A stretch of DNA of 64,000 nucleotides from assembly GCA_965219405.1 (NCBI GenBank), contig OZ244736.1:1705443-1769442 (forward strand), read 5' to 3'. The position numbers and the translations under genes were made by a program. The notes below the pieces were generated by a model. That model searched no databases, was not told the DNA's origin, and was given only the letters and a program-made list of their open reading frames with translations. Source of the DNA: Dehalococcoidia bacterium. GTDB taxonomy: Bacteria; Chloroflexota; Dehalococcoidia; UBA6926. This document shows, one piece after another, positions 9,115 through 16,971 of the stretch (position 1 is its first letter; every line of letters starts with the position of its first letter).

Positions 9115-10227
9115 ATGTCGAACTTGCCCCATGCCGATGTTGTTGGCAGCCTGATCAGGCCGCCGGATTTGCTCGCCGCGCGAGAGGACATCACGGCTGG
9201 GCGAATGACGCCCTCGGATTTCAAACGCATCGAGGATGCTGCCGTCGATAGCGCAGTGGCTGCTCAAGAGGAGGCCGGACTCCAAATCCTCACGGACGGC
9301 GAGATGCGCAGGTTGTCGTTCCAGAGTCAGATGCCCGAGGCAGTGGAAGGCTTCGGCGAGTTCGATATCGACGCGTTCCTCTGGGGAGACTGGCGGGGCG
9401 ACGAACGGGTGGGAGACGCCCCCAAAGAGCGACCTGCTACCCTCGGCGTCGTCGGCAAACTCCGTCGTAAGCGCCACCTGTCCGCAGAGGAATTCACCTA
9501 CCTCCGCGGCCACACAACGCGGCTGCCGAAAGTCACGTTACCGAGTCCCAGCCTGTTCGCCAATTTCTGGTCGCCGGCCAAATCCGTCGAGGCATATCCT
9601 ACACTTGATGCGTTCCTGGCCGACGTTGCACTAATCATCCGTGAGGAGATCGAAGAGTTGATCAGGCTTGGGGCGACTTACATCCAGCTCGACGCCCCGC
9701 ACTACCCTCTCATACTGGACCCGACATGGGCGGCCTTCTACGAGTCCCAGGGCCGGAGCGGGGAGGACTGGATCGCCCAGGGCATCGAGCTGGACAACGC
9801 AGTGATGGAGGGCTTCACGGAGGCGGAGTTCGCGTTCCACCTTTGACGTGGCAACCAAGGCAGCCGTTGGTTGGCTGAAGGCGGTTACGACCGGATCGTC
9901 GAGCCGGTGCTCCAGCGGGTCAACGCGGATCGGCTCATGCTGGAATACGATGACGAGCGGTCAGGCTCGTTCGAGCCTCTTCGCGGCGTGCCCGACGATA
10001 AAACGGTGGCGCTTGGGCTCATTACGACCAAGTCACCCCGCGCCGAGACACCAGCAGAGCTTACAGCGAGGATCGCCGAGGCCGCCCAGCACTTTCCACA
10101 TGAGCAGCTCGCTCTCAGTCCTCAGTGCGGATTTGGCACGTCTATTGTCGGCAACCGCCTCACCATCGAACAGCAGAACGCGAAGCTCCAGATAGTGGCC
10201 GAGACCGCCCAAAGCGTCTGGGGGTGA
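9115..10227 (+). CDS. MetE-like (cobalamin-independent methionine synthase family, catalytic-domain-only ~370 aa) with in-frame TGA at codon 9844-9846
   Basis: The two track ORFs (9079-9846 and 9871-10227) are in the same frame, separated only by TGA. The read-through context FAFHL-[TGA]-RGNQG places the TGA at the His-x-Cys zinc-ligand position. The second conserved Cys context SPQCGFGTS follows. The conserved N-terminus MSNLPHADVVGSLIRPPDLL starts at 9115. This is either a Sec codon or a nonsense mutation. Confidence 0.5.
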
Positions 10228-10368
10228 ACTCCCCCATCACTCCTGTACGCTCCCACCACTTCCATTGTTGGAGCAGATGAGTTCAGCATCACAATTGCGC
10301 CTGAAGACTTTGCCAATTTCACCAATGTTGGCGATCTGATCGGCTACATCAATTCGAAGGCAGCTTAG
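10228..10368 (+). pseudogene. acyl-carrier-protein-like C-terminal fragment (no start codon, lacks the DSL phosphopantetheine site)
   Basis: The frame opening after the MetE-like stop reads ...SIVGADEFSITIAPEDFANFTNVGDLIGYINSKAA*. This resembles ACP helix 2-4 (EEFxIEIPDEDxxKxxTVxDxIDYI). It lies immediately upstream of an Sfp-type PPTase. Confidence 0.25.
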
Positions 10369-10419
10369 CTCATACCGCTACTCGCCCAAACAGCTGCCAA
10401 TCGACGTAAGGGAACTCGA

Positions 10420-10454
10420 GTGGGAGGGAGCAACCGCTGGCTGCTCCCTCCCAC
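10420..10454. repeat. perfect 13-bp GC-rich stem-loop (GTGGGAGGGAGCA-9nt-TGCTCCCTCCCAC), followed by CAATTG-N9-CAATTG dyad
   Basis: Seen directly. It is intergenic, upstream of the PPTase gene, with no T-tract on either side. Confidence 0.5.
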
Positions 10455-10498
10455 TGCCAGCTAGTCTGGGTCTCAATTGTTCGCGTACAATTGAAACG

Positions 10499-11233
10499 AT
10501 GGGCACCGGTATAGCCAATCAGTGGTGGGTTCGTTTCGCGCAGATTGATGGCGTCGATGTTATTCATGTCGATCTATCGCCAAACGCGGCGCACGAAACC
10601 CGAGCCCTGCGGTTCCTGAACGAATGGGAACGTGAACGGTGGACCCGTTATCATCCCGGAGCTCCGAGGCGTCGATTTGCGCTAAGCCGAGCAGCGCTGC
10701 GAGCGGTTCTCTGTGAGACTCTCCATTGCAACAATGACGAGCTTGAGTTTGGCTGGGTGGAACGCGGCAAGCCGCGCGCCTACGTGGACGGTGTACCCGC
10801 CCCGCTCCATTTCAATGTGAGCCATAGCGGCGACAACGGGATGCTCGCAATTTCACGGGATCACCAGGTAGGCATCGATATTGAAGAGATCAGCCAAGTA
10901 TTCCGATTTGACGCGATTATCGAATCGACCTTCAGTCCGGATGAGCAGGCTACGGTTTCGGCCGCGGAGAAAGACTGCGTAGCAAGAGCATTCTTTGAGA
11001 TATGGACCCTCAAGGAGGCAATCATCAAGGCGACCGGTGTGGGGCTGTCCGCGAACCTGCAATGCATCGAGACGCCCGCTGCGATGCGGAATGGCGCCGT
11101 CACCGGTCAAGTCCGGCTCCCCGAGTTTCCGGATGTGCGCTGGCGGCTGCACACGTTCAGCGCCAACGATTTCGTCGGCGCTCTTGCGGTTGAGACGGTG
11201 CCGTCGCCCGTAGTTGAGGATGCGTTCGAGTGA
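10499..11233 (+). CDS. 4'-phosphopantetheinyl transferase, Sfp/EntD type
   Basis: FNVSHSG, QVGIDIEEI and WTLKEAIIKATGVGL are canonical PPTase motifs. Confidence 0.8.
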   Translation: MGTGIANQWWVRFAQIDGVDVIHVDLSPNAAHETRALRFLNEWERERWTRYHPGAPRRRFALSRAALRAVLCETLHCNNDELEFGWVERGKPRAYVDGVPAPLHFNVSHSGDNGMLAISRDHQVGIDIEEISQVFRFDAIIESTFSPDEQATVSAAEKDCVARAFFEIWTLKEAIIKATGVGLSANLQCIETPAAMRNGAVTGQVRLPEFPDVRWRLHTFSANDFVGALAVETVPSPVVEDAFE

Positions 11234-11579
11234 CCGAAGAGCCCAGTCTGTTTGGCACGTTCCTGAGCTGATTTCCACTCATGACCCGACAGTCGATGAG
11301 AAGACGATCATTCGGCTGAGACGCCACGGCAATCCCGAGGGATCGCGTCTTGTCATGAGCCATGGCAACGGTCTGTCTATTGACCTGTACTATCCGTTCT
11401 GGTCAAACCTGTTAGACGATTTTGACATCATCATCTACGACCTCAGAAATCATGGCTGGAACCCCGTGGGCGACATCAGGAATCACAACCTTCCAACGTT
11501 CATCTGCGATTACGATCGGATACTCGAGACGATCCGTAAGGAGTATGGGGATAAGCCTACTTTTGGCATCTTTCACTAG
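11214..11579 (+). pseudogene. alpha/beta-hydrolase N-terminal fragment (truncated before the nucleophile elbow)
   Basis: VMSHGNGLSIDLYYPFWSNLLDDFDIIIYDLRNHGWN matches the HGxG / DxRGHG region of alpha/beta hydrolases. The ORF ends at ...TFGIFH*, and its 3' 168 nt overlap the convergent PhnB-like gene. Confidence 0.4.
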
Positions 11580-11981
11580 GCTTTCCATGATGGCCGTGGG
11601 AGCCCGCGCCATCAACTCATCCAGGTTCGCCGGCACCACCTGCCAGGAGAGGCCAAAGGGATCCGTAAGCCAACCGCAGAAGCCCTGTGTGCCGCCCTCA
11701 GCAAGCTTGTCCCAGTAATAATCAATCTCTTCCTGTGATTCGCAGGGGACGACGAAGGAGATTGCCGGCGTCATTTCAAACATTGGCCCACCATCAAGAG
11801 CAGTACATGTAAGGCCATCCAACTCAAACTCTATTTGAGCCGCCCCCTTTGCAGGGCCTGCAGGAATCTCGATTACGTTCGTGATTCGGGAGTTTGGAAA
11901 GACGGACACGTAGTGTTCAACCGCTTCCTTCGCCTTGCCGCCAAACCATAGAAACGGGCTGATTCCCTTTGAAAGGCTCAT
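11412..11981 (-). CDS. PhnB-like / VOC (glyoxalase-bleomycin resistance fold) family protein
   Basis: MSLSKGISPFLWFGGKAKEAVEHYVSVFPNS...GLTCTALDGGPMF...DPFGLSWQVVP is the PhnB/3-demethylubiquinone methyltransferase-like signature. The protein has an ~45-aa C-terminal tail. Confidence 0.65.
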   Translation of the reverse strand: MSLSKGISPFLWFGGKAKEAVEHYVSVFPNSRITNVIEIPAGPAKGAAQIEFELDGLTCTALDGGPMFEMTPAISFVVPCESQEEIDYYWDKLAEGGTQGFCGWLTDPFGLSWQVVPANLDELMARAPTAIMESLVKDAKSRLIPILLTDRLEYPIVIADERWKVVIPDVAHGVPAMISEVVDDDVKIV

Positions 11982-12155
11982 CGCGACTTGCCTCCAATCA
12001 CCTTGTCTTCATTGGTCATTCGTGTCCAATCGATACCTCATATTACTTATGGAAGCGGCGGATACGCTGTATCAAGAAAGACTTGCCATGCATTCGTTTT
12101 GTGGGCGAAGTAGTGACGAGGTGAGCGGAAGAACAGCCTTAAATGGGAGGTTGCG

Positions 12156-12284
12156 ATGACAAGCGCTGCGCACGACCACAATCAGCACGAGTGCGACGAG
12201 CACGAACATCATGGGGATGAGCCGAATCACGTACATGATTCCCACGAGTGTGACGATCACGAGCACCACGCGGACGGCAACTAG
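12156..12284 (+). CDS. 43-aa His/Cys-rich small protein (MTSAAHDHNQHECDEHEHHGDEPNHVHDSHECDDHEHHADGN), putative metal-binding peptide / leader
   Basis: Absent from the >=60-aa ORF track. A strong RBS GGGAGG sits 5 nt upstream of the ATG at 12156. The sequence is 14 His + 2 Cys of 43 residues with two HECD[ED]HEHH repeats. The stop at 12282-12284 is followed by a hairpin plus T-run. Confidence 0.45.
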   Translation: MTSAAHDHNQHECDEHEHHGDEPNHVHDSHECDDHEHHADGN

Positions 12285-12308
12285 TTTTATCCGCTGATTG
12301 GGCGAATG

Positions 12309-12338
12309 GCCACCGTTTAGGTGGCTATTCGTGTTTTT
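12309..12338 (+). terminator. intrinsic-terminator-like hairpin (GCCACC-GTTTA-GGTGGC) + TATTCGTGTTTTT between the small His-rich ORF and the CDF gene
   Basis: Seen directly: a 6-bp GC stem, 5-nt loop and T5 tract. A possible attenuator. Confidence 0.35.
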
Positions 12339-12491
12339 GGGGCCAATCTCAGTCCGGTTACAATCGTCGACGAATTGTTGGCGGTTTTCTTCTGGGTGAA
12401 ACCCGGACGGCTGACTGCACAAAAACTCATGCACGCTATACTTAGTCGAGTAGCGGGGACACAGTTTCCTTTTCAGGCGGACGGAAGAGCT

Positions 12492-13559
12492 ATGGCTCGC
12501 AGCGACGACGACCATCGACACGAAAACCATGACCACGACGGCCATGACCATGATTCCCACGACAGCCACGACCATGACGCCCACGATGGACATGATCATG
12601 ACGACCACGACGGCCACGCGGGCCACGATCACGCACACGATCTCCGGGGAACGAGCCGCCGCAATCTGCTATTCGCGCTAGTCCTCATCTCGACCTATTT
12701 GGTCGCGGAGATCGTCGGTGGTGTCGTTTCAGGAAGCCTTGCGCTCATCGCGGATGCCGGGCACACGCTCACAGATGTCGCGGCGATCGGCATAGCGCTG
12801 TTCGCGATGTGGATTGCGGAGCGGGGCGCAACCATCGAGCGCACCTACGGGTATTACCGTACGGAGATACTCGCCGCGTTCATGAACGCCCTAGCATTGT
12901 GGTTGATTGTCGGTTGGATTCTGTGGGAGGCGTTTCACCGCTTCAGGCTTGACGAGCACCACGTAGACGGTTGGCCGGTTCTGATCGTCGGCGTCGGCGG
13001 TCTGTTAATCAACATTGCCGCAGCGTGGATTCTGCATCGCTCATCCGGACAAAGCATCAACGTGGAGGGCGCCTTCCAGCACGTGCTTGCAGACCTGATG
13101 GGCACCGTGGGAGTCGTCATTTCAGGCACCGTGATCATCCTGACAGGTTGGACGCTTATCGATCCGATTCTCAGCGTGGTCATCGGACTGCTGATCCTGT
13201 ACAGCTCGTGGAGTCTTGTAATGCAGGTGTTCCGAGTGTTGCTTGAGGGCGTGCCGGAGCACATCGATGTATACAGACTCTGCGCCGATATCGAAGAGCT
13301 GCCAGGCGTGACCGTCATTCATGACGTGCACGTGTGGACGATTACGTCCGGCAACGAGGTGCTAACCGCCCACGTCCTGGTCGACCCTGAATTTACCGGC
13401 TCCGATCAGAATTTGCTGGATCAGATGCAAGGCATCATCAAGCTGCGCTATGCCATTGAGCACGCCACCATCCAACTGGAACGGTCTCCAATCCAATGCG
13501 ACGTGGAAAGCCACCACGTCGGCCACCTTGAGCACGCCCAACGGCCGATTGGCGTTTAG
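12492..13559 (+). CDS. cation diffusion facilitator (CDF) family divalent-metal efflux transporter, CzcD/ZitB-like, with His-rich N-terminus
   Basis: The N-terminal (HD)n tract is followed by 6 TM with ...SLALIADAGHTLTD... and HxxxD motifs and a C-terminal cytoplasmic domain (VHDVHVWTITSG). The start at 12492 follows a GGAAGAG RBS; the track ORF extends upstream to 12321. Confidence 0.85.
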   Translation: MARSDDDHRHENHDHDGHDHDSHDSHDHDAHDGHDHDDHDGHAGHDHAHDLRGTSRRNLLFALVLISTYLVAEIVGGVVSGSLALIADAGHTLTDVAAIGIALFAMWIAERGATIERTYGYYRTEILAAFMNALALWLIVGWILWEAFHRFRLDEHHVDGWPVLIVGVGGLLINIAAAWILHRSSGQSINVEGAFQHVLADLMGTVGVVISGTVIILTGWTLIDPILSVVIGLLILYSSWSLVMQVFRVLLEGVPEHIDVYRLCADIEELPGVTVIHDVHVWTITSGNEVLTAHVLVDPEFTGSDQNLLDQMQGIIKLRYAIEHATIQLERSPIQCDVESHHVGHLEHAQRPIGV

Positions 13560-13575
13560 GGATTTGCTTCGGTCG

Positions 13576-16500
13576 TCACACAATGAGCGGCTCGTCCGCG
13601 AATTCTCCGGTCATGTCGGTTTCCCCAAGCGCTATTTCGCCGTCGTCAATCTTCTGCCGAGTTGCGCTGAGGGCCGTGTTAATGTCTGATTCGCTCACCC
13701 AGTAGAGTGTTCTCGTCCGCAGGAACATCAGTCCCATTCTAGGCCGGTGTCCGGTGGCGGCTTCAATTGCACCGGCGTAGACGCCAAGCTGGGTGAGGTA
13801 CGCACTTGCGCGATCGGCCTCCTTGCCGTTTTCCACGCGGTCCGTTTTGAAATCCACCACGTGCCATGCGCCGTTGGTCTCATATGCGAGGTCGATGCTG
13901 CCGTGGACAGCGACACCGCCCCACTCCCACGAGAACGGCAACTCAAAGTGCGTCCGCGTCCTGGGACTGCGAAGAGTTGCGGCGAGGTCAGAGGTGTCGA
14001 AGTCGTCCAGCATGGCGTTCACGTCTGCCTCAAGGGCTGCCATCTCTTCGTCACTTAGCCGCGTGCCGATACGGCGCACCAAGTCACGCAGGCCTGGCCG
14101 GGTTCCGCTCTTGAACCACTCCTCGATGGCCATGTGAGCGAGTGTCCCTCGTGTGAGCGCCAAGGGGTCCGGCCTGCCGAAAAACGCGGTTCCATGACCA
14201 TCCTCGAACGCAGTTGCAGGCGTGCTTGAGCGGATGGGAATCGCGCCACGGCGGCCAAGGAGCGGGGCATGCGCAGGCTGCTCGGAATCAGCGGGGGGCG
14301 TATCAAAGGTGGTTCCCGGGACGCGGCTTCTCCTTTGTCGACCGTCCGGCCCGGGTTCTCGGGCAATTGTGGCGGCAAGATCAACCTGCATGGGTTCCTC
14401 TATCCGGACGAGGGGCGCGTTGCTGAATTCGATGAAATTTCCCAGCCACGTGGTCGCATCACCCGTCGGCTCTATTCCGGCAACAATGAGCAGATCTGCG
14501 GCACGGGTGGCGGCCACATAGAGCAGACGTTTGCTCTCCGCCTGATCCTCACGTTTCTCAAGCTCCGCCAGGTAACTGTAGAAAGCGGGCTTACTTCGAG
14601 CTTCGTCTATTTTCTCGACTTCTCGTTCCAACGTGAGAGAGATGCCTTTGTCAGCCCGCCACAGCACACTCGGCGAGCGCGAGGCTCCCTGCGTCGCCCC
14701 TGTTTCAGCAAGGATAACGACGGGGAACTCCAAGCCCTTGGCGGAGTGGATGGTCATGAGCCTGACTGCATCGACGGCGTCAAGCGCGGCCTGCGGGGCG
14801 CGCGTATCCAGATCGTCCCGCAGAAGGCAGATGTACTCGACGACTTCGTCGACGGATTTGTCTGCCAATCCACGCGCCATGCCCACGAACTGTCGGATGT
14901 TGGCCAGCACCTGGTCGCCACCTCGTAGCGGCGCCCACGACGCTTCGTAGTTCGTGAGAATCAGCGCGTTTTCAAGGAGTTGTTCAGGCGTCGCGAGGCG
15001 GGATTCTTCCCGGAGTTGATCAAGGACACGGGCTGCATGGATGCACAGTGGGCGGGTTTGGGGGAGGACACCGGCGGGCGGGTTGCGGAGGGCATCAAAC
15101 CAGGAGCCACCGGCCCCTTTCAAGGCAATCAGCGACTCATCATCAATGGCGAAGAATGGGGATCGCAGCAGGCCGACCAGGGCAATATCATTGGCGGGTT
15201 CGGCCAGCCATTCAAGCAGATTCGTCAGGTCGATGATCTCCGACCGGTTGTAGAAGTCGCCGGTTGACGCGGTTCGATACGCGATGTTGCTGTTCTCCAG
15301 AGCGCGCTCGTACTCGCTGACGTGAATCATGCTTCTCAGCAGGATCACAATGTCTTTCGCTTCTACTGCGCGAGGTTCGCCTGCGTCCCTGTCCCAGACC
15401 TTGTACTTGATGTCGATAAGACTCTTGATGCGTTGCGCGACGACGTGTGCTTCCATGCGCCGTCCCTCTCTCTGTGTTGGCGCGCTCTTGCCGTCGGTTT
15501 CTTTGTGCGCGCTGGCGATCTGGAGAATCTCAACCGGCGGGGAGTTTGAATGCGCCTGGCGGTCTGATGACATGGGCTCCATCGACGCCTCGTAGTCTTC
15601 ACTCGCATCTCCAAGCACGCCGGTCATGACGCCATTGATTGCGTCAACGAGGCGTTCATGGGAACGGAATGATGTGTTGAGCGAGACGGTTGCGCCTTTC
15701 GCAGCCTCTATCTCCGTTTTCAGTTGGTTGAGCTTGCGGACATCGCTGCGCCGGAATCGATAGATGGACTGCTTGACGTCGCCGACGAAGAATCGCTCCG
15801 GCCTGCGCGCATTGGCGTCCCCAGCTACTTTCCCGCCCGCCAAGAGGTCAAGAAGTTCATACTGCGTCGGGTTGAGGTCCTGCGCCTCGTCGACGAGGAT
15901 GTGGCGAAGGCGATCGCGGTAGGCGGCGGTTACGGACTCGTTGCTGAGCATCTCGATGGCTTTCAGTTCGAGATCGAGGAAATCAAGCGCCGCCAACTCT
16001 CTTTTCCTCTCTTCATATCGTTTGGATGCGCTGAGGAATAGATCACGCAAGGAGTCAAGGACAGGCAGGGAGTCGGCATCGGCATCATCCCAGAGAAATG
16101 GGGCTACTTCTTCATACGTTTCTCGGATGGCCCTTACCGAATCACGCACTTCCTTGGGTGTAAAGCGCCACGCATTTTGGGATCCCCTGTTGCCGGGACT
16201 GGGAATCATGGACGCGGTGAGCAGACGTGCAATAAGGTCTTGCGTCGTTCCTGTTGTGAGGTCGCCAAGCGTTTCGAGGACACGTTCGACGGTTGGTGTG
16301 AGCGCGTCTTTTTCGCCGGGGACCTGCGCGTCCACAAGGAAGTCGCGGTGCTCGGTGAGTTTTGTGCGGCATTCGTCAATGAGCGGCTCAGCGAAGCGAT
16401 CAAGTGCCTGCTTGATATGCGTTCCCCATTCCTCGGGCGAGTCTCCGCCCATGGTCGAATAGGCACGAAGCACTTCATCACGACGGGCTACCATTATTGG

Positions 16501-16971
16501 CAACGCGCTCTGCGCCTGATAGATGCCGAGGCCGAGGAGAGCCTCGGTGCCCGGCCCTTCACCGGTAGCCGCCGACTCTATGGCATCACGGCAGGCGGCA
16601 AGGATTTCAGCCTGTGCCACGTTTTCGTCCAGTACCGTCGCGCCGGGATCAATACCCGCCTCCACGGGATTCTCTCTTAGCAGTTGGAGGCAGAGGGAGT
16701 GGATGGTGCCGATGATGGCTCGGTCGAGGTGTTGCACATGGCGAGCCAGCTCCGGACGATCCATAACGGCCTCACGAACACGCCCACGCATCTCTGCCGC
16801 GGCGGCGTCCGTAAATGTCACGGCGACAAGCTGATCAATCTCATGGTGCTGCAGCAGGCTCACGTAGCGCTCAACGAGGACACGTGTCTTTCCGCTGCCC
16901 GCACCCGCCGTCACGATGACGTCACGGCCACGTTCGGTTACCGCTTGTTCCTGTTCCGGTGTGAGGTTCAT
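13576..16971 (-). CDS. addA: ATP-dependent helicase/nuclease subunit A (AddA/RexA; UvrD-like helicase + PD-(D/E)xK nuclease)
   Basis: Walker A motif TAGAGSGKT, a UvrD-like helicase core, and a C-terminal nuclease motif (GSIDLAYETNGAWHVVDFKTD). Confidence 0.8.
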   Translation of the reverse strand: MNLTPEQEQAVTERGRDVIVTAGAGSGKTRVLVERYVSLLQHHEIDQLVAVTFTDAAAAEMRGRVREAVMDRPELARHVQHLDRAIIGTIHSLCLQLLRENPVEAGIDPGATVLDENVAQAEILAACRDAIESAATGEGPGTEALLGLGIYQAQSALPIMVARRDEVLRAYSTMGGDSPEEWGTHIKQALDRFAEPLIDECRTKLTEHRDFLVDAQVPGEKDALTPTVERVLETLGDLTTGTTQDLIARLLTASMIPSPGNRGSQNAWRFTPKEVRDSVRAIRETYEEVAPFLWDDADADSLPVLDSLRDLFLSASKRYEERKRELAALDFLDLELKAIEMLSNESVTAAYRDRLRHILVDEAQDLNPTQYELLDLLAGGKVAGDANARRPERFFVGDVKQSIYRFRRSDVRKLNQLKTEIEAAKGATVSLNTSFRSHERLVDAINGVMTGVLGDASEDYEASMEPMSSDRQAHSNSPPVEILQIASAHKETDGKSAPTQREGRRMEAHVVAQRIKSLIDIKYKVWDRDAGEPRAVEAKDIVILLRSMIHVSEYERALENSNIAYRTASTGDFYNRSEIIDLTNLLEWLAEPANDIALVGLLRSPFFAIDDESLIALKGAGGSWFDALRNPPAGVLPQTRPLCIHAARVLDQLREESRLATPEQLLENALILTNYEASWAPLRGGDQVLANIRQFVGMARGLADKSVDEVVEYICLLRDDLDTRAPQAALDAVDAVRLMTIHSAKGLEFPVVILAETGATQGASRSPSVLWRADKGISLTLEREVEKIDEARSKPAFYSYLAELEKREDQAESKRLLYVAATRAADLLIVAGIEPTGDATTWLGNFIEFSNAPLVRIEEPMQVDLAATIAREPGPDGRQRRSRVPGTTFDTPPADSEQPAHAPLLGRRGAIPIRSSTPATAFEDGHGTAFFGRPDPLALTRGTLAHMAIEEWFKSGTRPGLRDLVRRIGTRLSDEEMAALEADVNAMLDDFDTSDLAATLRSPRTRTHFELPFSWEWGGVAVHGSIDLAYETNGAWHVVDFKTDRVENGKEADRASAYLTQLGVYAGAIEAATGHRPRMGLMFLRTRTLYWVSESDINTALSATRQKIDDGEIALGETDMTGEFADEPLIV

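Noticed and set aside
12072-12638. 188-aa minus-strand ORF rich in V/M/A
   Set aside because: It is the antisense shadow of the His-rich (CAC/GAC-repeat) 5' region of the CDF gene. It is low-complexity with no start context.
14269-14928. 219-aa plus-strand ORF
   Set aside because: Antisense within addA.
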